Shown here in pieces: positions 8,701 through 18,567 of a DNA stretch of 32,000 bases; position 1 is the stretch's first letter; each line of letters begins with the position of its first letter. The translations under genes and the position numbers were made by a program. The notes beneath the pieces were generated by a model. The model searched no databases, was not told the DNA's origin, and worked only from the letters and a program-made list of their open reading frames with translations. Source of the stretch: Candidatus Stoquefichus sp. SB1 (GTDB lineage Bacteria > Bacillota_I > Bacilli_A > Erysipelotrichales > Coprobacillaceae); NCBI RefSeq assembly GCF_001244545.1, contig NZ_LN852693.1, positions 288,656 through 320,655 on the forward strand, read 5' to 3'.

Positions 8701-10746
8701 TTATTTATTTTTTACACCATATTTATCAAAATATTTTGTTAAAGCCTGTTTTGAGATACTATTGCAGGCACTAGATGAACTTGAAGTTTGTGTTTCAGAT
8801 ATACAGGCAATTGAAATCTGTGGATCATTATAAGGAGCATAACCAACAAATGCACGGTTTTGATACTCCACATTATTAATAAAGACCTGAGCAGTACCTG
8901 TTTTTCCAGCCGCCTGATAATAGCCATTCATAGCCTTTGCCAAACCAGTGACACAACCTTCTCTAAAACCTGTTTGAACACGATCGAATGCTAATGTATA
9001 ACTAGATACATCATCAAGAACCTTAACTTTATGTTGTAATAAAGAAATTTTTTGACCTTCATCATTTTCATCAAACGATTCTAAGAAAAGATGTGGCTGA
9101 ATTCTTTTTCCACCATTTGCAATTGTAGAAACATATTGTGCCATTTGAATTGGTGTGTAAGTATCATATTGTCCAATTGCAAAATCGAGTAAATTACCAC
9201 CTTGGCGACTTGTAACCGGTCCACGATAACCTAAACTCTCACTTGGAACATCTATTCCTGTTTTAACACCTAGTCCTAGTTCACCGACATCTTTTCTAAG
9301 AATATCAAATGCTTCAGAATTAACACTTAAAGGTTGATCTCTTACATATTTTCCACCACCTAAACGGATGGCTACATGGAACATATAAACGTTTGAAGAC
9401 TTAGCTAATGCTTGAACTTCATTAACACGCCCTAAAGGTTTATATGATTTTTTAGCATTTGTTCCCGCAATCTTAATACCAGCTGCGTCATCCATAAAAG
9501 ACTCACCTTTGCTAACAAGTCCTTCCTTAAAAGCCATATAAACAGTTCCACCCTTAAAAGTTGAACCAATAGCATATGCAGAAAGATAATTTCCAGATGC
9601 ATAATCTGAAATTTCACCAGTTTTTGTATCTCTTTGTTTCCCAGCCATTGCAATAATCTCACCATTATTTGGATCCATCATTGTCACAAAAATATGATTA
9701 TTGTATGTCCCACCTTGGCGACTTTTTAAAAAGCTCTCAATTAAATTGTTTAAATACTCTTGCATTTCCCAATCAATTGTAAGACGTATATTGTCTCCTT
9801 TAGAGCCACTTGAAACTGACTTTATAATAGGATTCCCATCACTATCATAGGTCATTGAATATTTTGCAGCAGACCCTGCTAAAATATTTTCATATTGTGC
9901 TTCAATTCCACTCACACCAACACGTGAATCATTGTTATAATCTTGAGCCAAAAGAATATCTTTTGTACTTGCTGGCAACCCTTGTTTTTTCGTTGTTACT
10001 CTTCCTAATACAGATTTAAAAGTATTATCATATGTGTATTCGCGTGACCAATCATTTGTCACTTTTATTCCTCTTAATATGTTTGAATTTTCCCCAATCA
10101 GACTTGCTTCTTTAATTGAAAGATTTTCAAGCAATACAACTGAACCATTTGTACAATTTTGAATTTTTGCATATAACATATAATATTTAATATCATTATG
10201 ACTTAATTTCTCATTAAGTATATCATCAGTAATACGATCCAACTGTAATTTATAAACAACATCATCATCCTGCTTTAACTCTGCCTCAGATAAAAGACTT
10301 TTAACATATGTACTATCTTTCATTATTAAATAATCTTTTTTATCACGTTGTGTAACAGTGCCAGTATCCACACTGACGTTGTTAATTAAAAAGTTAACTA
10401 TGACTTTGATTTCTTCTTCACTGATATTCTTAACGGCATAATAAGTCGCACAATTAATATTTTTATTATATACTAAACGATTATAATCACGATCATAGAT
10501 ATTGCCTCTAAAAGTATCAGCTGTAAAAATACTTGTGTTATATTGTGCTAATTTCGTTGTGTAATAATCTTTTTGATTAATCTGTGTCATAAACAAACGA
10601 ATTAATAAAATAACACCCATAATCGCAACACTTATCATCAATATTTTAAATCTTCTAGAGATAACATTATCAGTTTGATTTTTTATCTTTGATTCAAGTT
10701 CTTTTTTGCCATCAAACTTGATTTGACTTTTTTTAAAAAGACCCAT
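8701..10746 (-). CDS. Class B penicillin-binding protein (peptidoglycan D,D-transpeptidase, PBP2 type)
   Basis: 681 aa. N-terminal TM, RGNIYDRDYNRLVYN, active-site STFK, SSN and AGKTGTAQ motifs. Confidence 0.93.
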   Translation of the reverse strand: MGLFKKSQIKFDGKKELESKIKNQTDNVISRRFKILMISVAIMGVILLIRLFMTQINQKDYYTTKLAQYNTSIFTADTFRGNIYDRDYNRLVYNKNINCATYYAVKNISEEEIKVIVNFLINNVSVDTGTVTQRDKKDYLIMKDSTYVKSLLSEAELKQDDDVVYKLQLDRITDDILNEKLSHNDIKYYMLYAKIQNCTNGSVVLLENLSIKEASLIGENSNILRGIKVTNDWSREYTYDNTFKSVLGRVTTKKQGLPASTKDILLAQDYNNDSRVGVSGIEAQYENILAGSAAKYSMTYDSDGNPIIKSVSSGSKGDNIRLTIDWEMQEYLNNLIESFLKSRQGGTYNNHIFVTMMDPNNGEIIAMAGKQRDTKTGEISDYASGNYLSAYAIGSTFKGGTVYMAFKEGLVSKGESFMDDAAGIKIAGTNAKKSYKPLGRVNEVQALAKSSNVYMFHVAIRLGGGKYVRDQPLSVNSEAFDILRKDVGELGLGVKTGIDVPSESLGYRGPVTSRQGGNLLDFAIGQYDTYTPIQMAQYVSTIANGGKRIQPHLFLESFDENDEGQKISLLQHKVKVLDDVSSYTLAFDRVQTGFREGCVTGLAKAMNGYYQAAGKTGTAQVFINNVEYQNRAFVGYAPYNDPQISIACISETQTSSSSSACNSISKQALTKYFDKYGVKNK

Positions 10747-10909
10747 ATCTGCACCTCCATGACTTATTATATTATAAACGATATTGAAAGTAAATCAACC
10801 CAAAAGAAAAAGAGAATTTCACAAATTCTCTTCATCATTTTTAAAAATATTTCATATTTCTAAATTTTACGCACAATACAAATAAATTATATCCATATTT
10901 TTGGCTTTA

Positions 10910-12724
10910 TTAGTCATCATCAACTGATAAAATAGCCATAAAAGCTTCTTGAGGAATTTCTACACTTCCAACAGCTTTCATTCGTTTCTTTCCTTCTTTT
11001 TGCTTTTCTAGAAGTTTTTTCTTACGAGAAATATCACCACCATAGCATTTTGCTAAAACGTTTTTACGCATTGCCTTAATATTTGTACGGGCAATAACTT
11101 TACCCTGAATGGCAGCTTGAATCGGCACTTCAAACATTTGTTTTGGAATAATATCTTTTAATTTTTCACAGATAATACGACCACGATTATATGCAAAATC
11201 TTTATGAACAATTGTTGATAAAGCATCAACAACTTCTCCATTTAACAAAATATCCATACGTGTCAGACGACTTTCTTTATAACCATTGAGTTCATAATCA
11301 AAAGAAGCATAACCTTTTGTACAAGATTTTAATTTATCAAAGAAATCATAAACAATTTCACTTAATGGAACCATATAGATGACATTACGTCTTAAATCAT
11401 CAATATATTCTATATCCTGATATTCACCACGCTTTGCCTGACACAACTCCATGATAGGCCCAACATATTCATTAGGTGTCATAATAGAAGCTTTAACATA
11501 AGGTTCTTCAATACAATCTATTTTCTGTGGATCAGGCAACATAGCAGGATTGTCAATCTCAATCATGCTTCCATCAGTGAGATGACAATGATAAACAACC
11601 GAAGGCGCCGTAGCAATTAACTCTAAATCAAATTCACGTTCTAATCTTTCCTCAATAACATCCATATGTAATAAGCCTAAAAAACCACATCTAAATCCAA
11701 AACCTAATGCTTGTGATGTTTCAGGTTCAAAAATCAATGCAGAATCACTTAATTTCATCTTCTCAAGTGCTTCTCTTAAATCTTTGTATCTTGCATTATC
11801 TACTGGATACAAACCACAATAAACCATTGGATTTAATCGACGATATCCAGGTAACTGTTGTGTTGATTCTTGTGATAAAGTTGTAATCGTATCTCCAACA
11901 TGTACATCTTGAATAGATTTAATTGAGGCAGCTATCCAACCAACCTCACCTGTCACAAGTTTGTCTTTTTTGACTTCTTTTGGTGTTCTGACACCTACCT
12001 CAACGACTTCATAAGTTGCACCAGTTGCCATAAACTTGATTTCATCACCAACACGAATACAACCTTCTTTGATACAAACAAAAACAATAACACCACGATA
12101 ACTATCATATAATGAATCAAAAATAAGGGCCTGAGTAGGATGATGAATATCCCCCTTTGGTGCAGGAACATTTTTGACAATATCCTCTAAAACATCAACA
12201 ACATTCAAACCTGTTTTAGCAGAAATAAGTGGAGCCTCATCGGCTGGCAATCCAATAACTTCTTCTATTTCATGAATAACTCTCTGTGGATCAGCACTTG
12301 GTAAATCAATTTTATTAATGACTGGCAATATTTCAAGATCATTATCCAATGCCAAAAAGACATTAGCAAGCGTTTGAGCTTCCACTCCCTGGGCAGCATC
12401 AACAACCAAAACAGCCCCTTCACAAGCCGCTAATGAACGTGAAACTTCATATGTAAAGTCGACATGTCCCGGTGTATCAATAAGATGCAATAAATATGTT
12501 TCACCATTTTTAGCTGTATATGTTAATTGAACTGCATTTAATTTTATAGTGATACCACGTTCTCTTTCCAAATCCATACTATCAAGGAGTTGCTCTTTCA
12601 TTTCTCTGTCACTCACCGCACCAGTAAGTTGTAGAATTCTATCTGCTAAAGTTGACTTTCCATGATCAATATGTGCAATGATAGAAAAATTTCTTATATG
12701 TGATTGATCTATATTCATAATCAA
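10910..12724 (-). CDS. lepA: Elongation factor 4 (ribosomal back-translocase LepA)
   Basis: 604 aa. [37 protein letters not shown], and LepA C-terminal [42 protein letters not shown]. Confidence 0.98.
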   Translation of the reverse strand: MIMNIDQSHIRNFSIIAHIDHGKSTLADRILQLTGAVSDREMKEQLLDSMDLERERGITIKLNAVQLTYTAKNGETYLLHLIDTPGHVDFTYEVSRSLAACEGAVLVVDAAQGVEAQTLANVFLALDNDLEILPVINKIDLPSADPQRVIHEIEEVIGLPADEAPLISAKTGLNVVDVLEDIVKNVPAPKGDIHHPTQALIFDSLYDSYRGVIVFVCIKEGCIRVGDEIKFMATGATYEVVEVGVRTPKEVKKDKLVTGEVGWIAASIKSIQDVHVGDTITTLSQESTQQLPGYRRLNPMVYCGLYPVDNARYKDLREALEKMKLSDSALIFEPETSQALGFGFRCGFLGLLHMDVIEERLEREFDLELIATAPSVVYHCHLTDGSMIEIDNPAMLPDPQKIDCIEEPYVKASIMTPNEYVGPIMELCQAKRGEYQDIEYIDDLRRNVIYMVPLSEIVYDFFDKLKSCTKGYASFDYELNGYKESRLTRMDILLNGEVVDALSTIVHKDFAYNRGRIICEKLKDIIPKQMFEVPIQAAIQGKVIARTNIKAMRKNVLAKCYGGDISRKKKLLEKQKEGKKRMKAVGSVEIPQEAFMAILSVDDD

Positions 12725-12879
12725 ACTCCTTTCTTTTTACCTAATCTATTTTACACAATTATGACCTAAAAAGAAATAAAAAAGTAATATAAAGGACAGT
12801 TTTTCAACTTTTTTAAAAGAAATAAGGTTTTAGTATATAAACATTAAATTTCTTTATATTATAATCCATATAAATAATG

Positions 12880-12912
12880 AGCATCTTAGAAAAATATCTA
12901 AGATGCTTTTTT
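12880..12912. terminator. Hairpin between lepA and the SSB gene, likely terminator
   Basis: Perfect 11-bp stem AGCATCTTAGA / TCTAAGATGCT with 6-nt loop. The T-run is present only on the + side although the flanking genes are minus-strand, so direction is ambiguous. Confidence 0.5.
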
Positions 12913-12917
12913 ATGTT

Positions 12918-13250
12918 TTATCTATTCATTAGATATTTATCTACGAACTCAACGTGTTCGACTTTCACTTCCATCACAGTGGTTGTCTGATGATCTGATG
13001 ATTCAAAAGTTTTTGATTGTAACCGTCCTTTTATTCCTATATAGCTTCCAATCTCACAACAATCCATCACTGTTTGGCTAATTCCTTTCCATAATACACA
13101 ACTGATATAATCATGATCTTTAATTCCCAGATTATTTCGATAAGGTCTTTCAACATCCAAAACCATTGTTGCAAGTTTTACACCGTTGCTTGTTTCTTTT
13201 AAAACTGGTTCATTTGCTAACTTCCCAATAACAATTATTTCATTAAACAT
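12918..13250 (-). CDS. Short single-stranded DNA-binding protein (SsbB/YwpH-like, OB fold only)
   Basis: 110 aa. MFNEIIVIGKLANEPVLKETSNGVKLATMVLDVERPYR...DYISCVLWKGISQTVMDCCEIGSYIGIKGRLQSKTFESSD. No acidic C-terminal tip. Confidence 0.88.
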   Translation of the reverse strand: MFNEIIVIGKLANEPVLKETSNGVKLATMVLDVERPYRNNLGIKDHDYISCVLWKGISQTVMDCCEIGSYIGIKGRLQSKTFESSDHQTTTVMEVKVEHVEFVDKYLMNR

Positions 13251-13437
13251 TTTTATTTTCCTCCTTTTTCTTTAAGTATATACGAGAATAGAGAAATAAC
13301 CTAATTTGAAGAAATAGAGGCAATTTTAATGAATTTTAACATATTTCAAGAAGGTTATTCTTAAAAACTGGCATTTAGGATAGGATTTAAGAACATATCT
13401 TGTCGAAATTGATGAATTTCGATTTAACAAATAAAAA

Positions 13438-13461
13438 AAACATCAATAAAATGATGTTTTT
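13438..13461 (-). terminator. Terminator downstream of acpS
   Basis: Minus strand AAACATCA-TTTTAT-TGATGTTT followed by TTTTT. Confidence 0.65.
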
Positions 13462-13464
13462 CAG

Positions 13465-13794
13465 CTATTTTTCTACAATTACAAAAGCCACAGCATATTT
13501 TTTTTCATGAGAAATAGAAATTTGGGCATTTTCATCATTAAGAAAAGGACATCCACTCTCATCATTAAGAATTTCAATATCTTGAAAATTAATTCCACCT
13601 ATTCCTTTATGATAAGCTTTCAAATATGCTTCTTTACCTGCAAATCTTCCACCTAAAAATTCTAATCGGCGCTGATCAGACTTCATTTGATGATAAAGTT
13701 GAAATTCTCGATCACTTAAAATTCTTTTAACGAAATGCAGATTATTAATATCCAAGCGTTCAAGATCAACGATATCGACTCCAATTCCTTTCAT
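13465..13794 (-). CDS. acpS: Holo-[acyl-carrier-protein] synthase
   Basis: 109 aa. MKGIGVDIVDLERL, RILSDREFQLY, RLEFLGGRFAGKEAYLKA, ISISHEKKYAVAFVIV. Confidence 0.96.
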   Translation of the reverse strand: MKGIGVDIVDLERLDINNLHFVKRILSDREFQLYHQMKSDQRRLEFLGGRFAGKEAYLKAYHKGIGGINFQDIEILNDESGCPFLNDENAQISISHEKKYAVAFVIVEK

Positions 13795-14402
13795 TAATCT
13801 TTAAACTTCTTTTCATAAAGACTCATCAATTCATCTAAACTCATTGAATCATCTATCTCATCAATAAAAGAGTCCTCTTCTTTATTTTGAAAATCAAGTT
13901 TAAACTCTCCAGTTCTCTCTTCAATAATCTTTAATTGATCTTGTTCTTCTTCAACAATATGTGCAATATTACGTAAATTTTCTTCTACACTTGGTTCCTT
14001 TGTTTCCTTTTCAATAGGTTGACTTTCTTCAGGTTGCTTTTTTTCATCCTTAAGATTATCAGCAGGTCCATAAAAAGGACTAATAATTGGAATAAGTTCA
14101 TCTGTTTCTTTTTTGATTTTCTTTGTTTTAGGTCTTGCAACTTTTACTTCTTTTTTTCTTTCTTCTTTGATTCCAGTTATTGGTGAAATGATTTCACTCA
14201 TACGATAATTTGTTTCTAAAGGAACTTTTTTAGGCTCAGGTTTCTTAATTTCTGGTTTTTTCTCCTCTTTTTTTTCTTCCTCATCATCATTATAAATGAG
14301 AGGTGTACTAAATTTTTCTTTACGTCTTTGTTCCAAAACAGGATCAACTGTTTCAAAAACTTCTTCTTCATCTTCTTCTTTAGTAAACCATTTTTTAAAC
14401 AT
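13794..14402 (-). CDS. Predicted intrinsically disordered, highly charged protein of unknown function
   Basis: 202 aa. Lys/Glu/Pro-rich with no recognised domain. Overlaps the acpS start by 1 nt and sits next to the ytpR-like gene, so likely co-transcribed. Confidence 0.75.
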   Translation of the reverse strand: MFKKWFTKEEDEEEVFETVDPVLEQRRKEKFSTPLIYNDDEEEKKEEKKPEIKKPEPKKVPLETNYRMSEIISPITGIKEERKKEVKVARPKTKKIKKETDELIPIISPFYGPADNLKDEKKQPEESQPIEKETKEPSVEENLRNIAHIVEEEQDQLKIIEERTGEFKLDFQNKEEDSFIDEIDDSMSLDELMSLYEKKFKD

Positions 14403-14413
14403 ATCTCTTCCTC

Positions 14414-15016
14414 CTATTGAAAAAACGAATCTCCAACTTGATAATCTTTTTCATCCAAAACAAGGATACCACGGACTTGTGGTGCATTCGCTAAAGCCAG
14501 TTCTCGTGCAGAACACAACATACCAGACGATGGAATTCCTCGTAATTGTGATGGTTTAATGACTAATCCCGAAGGCATCACTGCACCCGGTTTTGCCACA
14601 ACAACCAATTGATTCAAAGCAACATTTGGAGCTCCACAGACAATTTGCAAAGTTTCACTTCCTACATCAACCTGGCATATATGCATATGGTCTGAATCTG
14701 GATGTTCTTGAATATCAATAATTTTGCCAACATGAAAACCATCATCATAATCACTTTCTACATGTGACTGTTGATATTTTTCCAATACTTGATTCATTTC
14801 ATTTACAAAATCCACTGTTATTTTTACTTTTCCTTGAGTCAACTGACTTATATATTGAGAAGCATGAAATAAATTATACCCAATAACTTGATTATCCTGA
14901 TATAAAACATATAAATCATCATTTCTTTCATATTTATCTACTTTAGCTGAATCAGTTAATCTTACTAATAACACATCACCAATATGATCTAAATTATAAA
15001 AAGCATGTAAATTCAT
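14414..15016 (-). CDS. ytpR: YtpR-family tRNA-binding domain protein
   Basis: 200 aa. EMAP/tRNA-binding domain pattern (VGKIIDIQEHPDSDHMHICQVDVGSETLQIVCGAPNVALNQLVVVAKPGAVMPSGLVIKPSQLRGIPSSGMLCSARELAL). Confidence 0.9.
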   Translation of the reverse strand: MNLHAFYNLDHIGDVLLVRLTDSAKVDKYERNDDLYVLYQDNQVIGYNLFHASQYISQLTQGKVKITVDFVNEMNQVLEKYQQSHVESDYDDGFHVGKIIDIQEHPDSDHMHICQVDVGSETLQIVCGAPNVALNQLVVVAKPGAVMPSGLVIKPSQLRGIPSSGMLCSARELALANAPQVRGILVLDEKDYQVGDSFFQ

Positions 15017-15026
15017 CTTATCCCAC

Positions 15027-15347
15027 CTATTCTATTGCATCAATAAATGCTTGAATTTCATTTTTTGTTTTACGTAATTTATTAACCAGTCTTGCAACTT
15101 CTTTTCCTTCTTTGTATGCAATAAACGAAGGAATACCCATTATTTCTAAATCAATACATAAATCAACCATTTGATCACGATCAATATAATAAAACTTCCA
15201 ATCTGGATTTTCTGTTACTAACTCATCAATAAATGTTTTTAAAAAGTGACAATCAGGACACCATGTCGTTGAAAAAACCATCATAGATTGTCCTAAAATA
15301 GCCTTTTGATAATCTTCTACACTATTAATACTTACTAAATTATTCAT
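15027..15347 (-). CDS. Thioredoxin family protein
   Basis: 106 aa. Active site STTWCPDCHFLK and the cis-Pro region IMGIPSFIAYKEGKEVARL. Confidence 0.9.
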   Translation of the reverse strand: MNNLVSINSVEDYQKAILGQSMMVFSTTWCPDCHFLKTFIDELVTENPDWKFYYIDRDQMVDLCIDLEIMGIPSFIAYKEGKEVARLVNKLRKTKNEIQAFIDAIE

Positions 15348-15349
15348 CT

Positions 15350-16015
15350 TTATTTTTCTCCTTTAAACGCTGTAACAATACGATAAATAGGTCCAAACGG
15401 TGAGAACTTACGTTCATATTCTGTTTGAATATTATCTTCGTATCCCTCACTATGGTGTAAATCTAAACAAACATCTACAAAATCCATTCCATAATGCTGA
15501 AATGAAATCAATGAATATTCAAATAAAATACGATTATCTGTTTTTAAAATCAGTTCACCATCTTCATTCAAGATATTTTGATAAATAGGCAAAAATACCT
15601 CAGATGTCAAACGACGTTTCGCATGTTTCTTCTTTGGCCATGGATCACTGAAATTAAGATAAATTCGACTTACTTCATTTTCTTTGAAGACATCATTTAA
15701 AACAAGAGCATCTTCTTTCATAAGTTTCAAATTAGGAAGAACTTGTGGTTCTTCATCAAGTTTTTTGATAGCACCAACTAAAACACTTGGAAATTTCTCA
15801 ATCCCAATAAAATTGATATCTGGATATCGTTTGGCGTTTTCAATAATAAAATCACCTTTCCCCATTCCTATTTCAATAAAAATAGGATGGTCATTTGCAA
15901 ATAACTGATGCCATTTCCCTTTATAATCCTTTGTATTTAGCACAACAAACTCTTTGTGATTTTCTAAAATCTCGTTTGCTTTTGGGTTATTTCTTAAACG
16001 CATATTTTCCTCCAA
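15350..16015 (-). CDS. trmB: tRNA (guanine-N7-)-methyltransferase
   Basis: 221 aa. FIEIGMGKGDFI, FIGIEKF, LNFSDPWPKKKHAKRRLTS. Start probably at the internal MRLRNNPKA. Confidence 0.96.
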   Translation of the reverse strand: MEENMRLRNNPKANEILENHKEFVVLNTKDYKGKWHQLFANDHPIFIEIGMGKGDFIIENAKRYPDINFIGIEKFPSVLVGAIKKLDEEPQVLPNLKLMKEDALVLNDVFKENEVSRIYLNFSDPWPKKKHAKRRLTSEVFLPIYQNILNEDGELILKTDNRILFEYSLISFQHYGMDFVDVCLDLHHSEGYEDNIQTEYERKFSPFGPIYRIVTAFKGEK

Positions 16016-16024
16016 TATTTTTTA

Positions 16025-16747
16025 TTATTGTAGCACAGATTCATCCTTTAATCTATCTAATTCTTCATCAGTTAATCTGCGATATTCACCTAGCTGTAAA
16101 GAAGTGTCTAAATAAAGTTCTTTCATTCGAATTCGCTTTAAATATGTCACTTCTTTTCCCAGCGCTAAAAACATTTTTTTCACTTGATGAAATTTTCCTT
16201 CATAAATTTCTACTTCAATCTCACTTTCCCCATGATTGATTGATAAAATGGTTAAATGAGCACTTTGACATTGATAATCATCATTAATAACGATGCCTTT
16301 TAAAAACTTTTGAACATCATCCTCTGTTACAATTCCTTTAATTTTTGCATAATAGACTTTTGGACAATGTCTTTTAGGTGATAAAAGCTGATGAGCTAAA
16401 ACACCATCATTTGTTAAAATTAATAATCCTTCGGTATCAACATCAAGTCTACCTACTGGGAATAAATCATCTCGATAATAATCATCAATTAATTCTACTA
16501 CCGTTGGATAGACATTATCTTCTGTTGCACTAACATAGCCGCTTGGCTTATTAAGCATATAATAAACATATTCCTCGTAAATAATTTTTTCATCATCAAC
16601 ACGTATCTCATCACGCATTGGATCAACATGTGCTTTATCTTTTTTTATAATTTCACCATTAACAGTGACATATCCTTTTCTAATTAATTCCTTCACTTCT
16701 TTTCTTGTTCCAAAACCACTATGGGCTAAAAGTTTATCTATTCTCAT
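16025..16747 (-). CDS. RsuA/RluB-family pseudouridine synthase
   Basis: 240 aa. S4 domain (MRIDKLLAHSGFGTRKEVKELIRKGYVTVNG), YYMLNKPSGYVSATED, LFPVGRLDVDTEGLLILTNDG. Confidence 0.95.
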   Translation of the reverse strand: MRIDKLLAHSGFGTRKEVKELIRKGYVTVNGEIIKKDKAHVDPMRDEIRVDDEKIIYEEYVYYMLNKPSGYVSATEDNVYPTVVELIDDYYRDDLFPVGRLDVDTEGLLILTNDGVLAHQLLSPKRHCPKVYYAKIKGIVTEDDVQKFLKGIVINDDYQCQSAHLTILSINHGESEIEVEIYEGKFHQVKKMFLALGKEVTYLKRIRMKELYLDTSLQLGEYRRLTDEELDRLKDESVLQ

Positions 16748-17214
16748 GATGGACTCACCTCTATATATTTAACCTTCTTTTCTGTCTTTTCTTCATCAAT
16801 ATAATAACTGATATAAACCTTAACTGTTCTTTTCATTTCGCATTCACCAGATAATTGTATTCCTTTATAAAAATGTTCTGCTTTATTAACATAATTTTTA
16901 TGTAAATGATAAGGTTCCTGATCAAAGAGTCCAATCACTGGGCAGGTTTGTTCATCTGTTTCCTGAGCATATGCTAAAGCCATAATATTATACATATTTA
17001 TTTGTGGCTGATCAATGATAATATCATACCGATATTTTTGATCTAATTGATTGAAAATCAATTGAATACGAAAAGGAAAATCTTTATCAAAATTCTGCTG
17101 ATTCTTCAAATCATTCTTAATCTCTTCATACATTGTAAACTGTGAATTTTGCTGTGTTTGATTACATGCCACACACAATAACAGAACACTTATGAACAGA
17201 ATTGTTTTTTTCAT
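16744..17214 (-). CDS. Hypothetical lipoprotein
   Basis: Start re-set to MKKTILFISVLLLCVACNQTQ, which has a lipobox-like signal peptide, within track ORF 16744..17286. Confidence 0.7.
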   Translation of the reverse strand: MKKTILFISVLLLCVACNQTQQNSQFTMYEEIKNDLKNQQNFDKDFPFRIQLIFNQLDQKYRYDIIIDQPQINMYNIMALAYAQETDEQTCPVIGLFDQEPYHLHKNYVNKAEHFYKGIQLSGECEMKRTVKVYISYYIDEEKTEKKVKYIEVSPS

Positions 17215-17254
17215 ATTATCACCATCTTTTATTATAGCATTTTTCACCAAATGA

Positions 17255-17276
17255 AAAAAGGCTATTTCTAGCCTTT
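17255..17276 (-). terminator. Terminator downstream of the DUF1540-like gene
   Basis: Minus strand AAAGGCTA-GAAA-TAGCCTTT followed by T residues (TTTTC). Confidence 0.65.
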
Positions 17277-17432
17277 CTACTGACATTTACATTCAAATGT
17301 ATCACAAGCTGTTTCAGCAACATCTTTTGCTTCTTTACAGCGACAGTTATTCACATGAATGCAATTTGCTTCACAACATCCATCACAATAGTATTTACAA
17401 GTATCCACGCTACATTTTACATCTTTAGCCAT
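17277..17432 (-). CDS. DUF1540-like Cys-rich small protein
   Basis: Not in the ORF track. MAKDVKCSVDTCKYYCDGCCEANCIHVNNCRCKEAKDVAETACDTFECKCQ*, 11 Cys in 51 aa. The CxVxxCxYY...I.V...C...TF.C layout resembles DUF1540. Confidence 0.75.
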   Translation of the reverse strand: MAKDVKCSVDTCKYYCDGCCEANCIHVNNCRCKEAKDVAETACDTFECKCQ

Positions 17433-17465
17433 GGTTTCACCTCCATATTTTATTATGGCAGAAAC

Positions 17466-17639
17466 CTAAGATAAATATACAATCAAACAACTAAAACTGT
17501 ACTCTAGTTCACCATTATGAGATGTCATAGCAACCTGATAATGAATATTTTGAATATCAGGATTTTCTTTACAAATAAAATCATTTAAAGCATCTTCTAA
17601 ATCAAGTTCATGTGTTTTTTCAATAATTTTTATTTTCAT
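17466..17639 (-). CDS. Cse60-like small sporulation-associated protein
   Basis: Not in the ORF track. MKIKIIEKTHELDLEDALNDFICKENPDIQNIHYQVAMTSHNGELEYSFSCLIVYLS*, resembling the Cse60 pattern (short, DLExxxNxF...Y.....Y.FSALI.Y). Confidence 0.6.
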   Translation of the reverse strand: MKIKIIEKTHELDLEDALNDFICKENPDIQNIHYQVAMTSHNGELEYSFSCLIVYLS

Positions 17640-17677
17640 GCATTCATATTAACACACATCACTTAAAAATTTTGTCA

Positions 17678-18556
17678 TTATTGGTTAATCTCAATTGTAA
17701 ACTGACACATAAATTCTTCTTGCTTCGCTAATGCAACAACGCCTTCTTTTTCTTTAAATTCACCTGTGAATCCAACATAATCACTATGTCCTACCCATGG
17801 TTCAATTGCTAATAAACCACCAACATGTTTACTTGTCCAAATTCCTAAATGATTAAAGTTATCCATATAAAAACGAATAGATTTATCATGATTTAAAGAT
17901 TTTAAAGTCACATAGTGTGAATGAAAATTCTTAACAACAATAGCATCATTATTAAATAGGGCCTGTCTTACAAAAAAGCGTCTTTCATTATCAAATAACA
18001 ACTCTGTTTTATCTGACATGCCACGATGTTCAACATCAATAATTTTCTGATATAAAGATTCATTTTTTTCAAATTCGATATAATAATCATTGCTTGATTC
18101 ATTTTCCATAAATGGACATGCAAATGCAGGATGTCCACCAATTTGAAAATAAATAACACGCTCATCAGTATTTGTTACAACACAACGACATTCTAATTGA
18201 TTTTCTTTTAATGTATAAATCACTTTTAAATCAAATAAATATGGATATTGTTTTAATATCTCTTCATTTGGTGTTAATTCAAATTCAACACATGTATCTG
18301 ATAATTGATGTGTTAAATATTCATTATGTCTTGAAAAACCATGTTGTGTCATTGTATATGTTTTTCCATCAATACGACATTCATTATTTTGTAAAGCACC
18401 AACAATTGGAAATAATATAGGTGCACTACTTGCCCATAATGATGGGTCTCTACGCCACATATAATTCAAACCATCTTTTAACCCAACAATTTTAATAATT
18501 TCAGCACCCTTTGGATTTAATTCAACTTCCAAAATATCATTTTTTAAAATCGCCAT
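17678..18556 (-). CDS. Aldose 1-epimerase family protein (YeaD/LacX-like)
   Basis: 292 aa. AQIIK-like N-terminus (VELNPKGAEIIKIVGLKDGLNYMWRRDPSLWASSAPILFPIVGAL), MTQHGFSRHNEY, IGGHPAFACP, LAIEPWVGHSDYVGF. Confidence 0.92.
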   Translation of the reverse strand: MAILKNDILEVELNPKGAEIIKIVGLKDGLNYMWRRDPSLWASSAPILFPIVGALQNNECRIDGKTYTMTQHGFSRHNEYLTHQLSDTCVEFELTPNEEILKQYPYLFDLKVIYTLKENQLECRCVVTNTDERVIYFQIGGHPAFACPFMENESSNDYYIEFEKNESLYQKIIDVEHRGMSDKTELLFDNERRFFVRQALFNNDAIVVKNFHSHYVTLKSLNHDKSIRFYMDNFNHLGIWTSKHVGGLLAIEPWVGHSDYVGFTGEFKEKEGVVALAKQEEFMCQFTIEINQ

Positions 18557-18567
18557 TTTATAATCTC

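Noticed and set aside
18172-18420. Plus- and minus-strand ORFs within the aldose epimerase gene (17968..18165, 18172..18420)
   Set aside because: They are out-of-frame shadows of the epimerase reading frame, with no domain signal.
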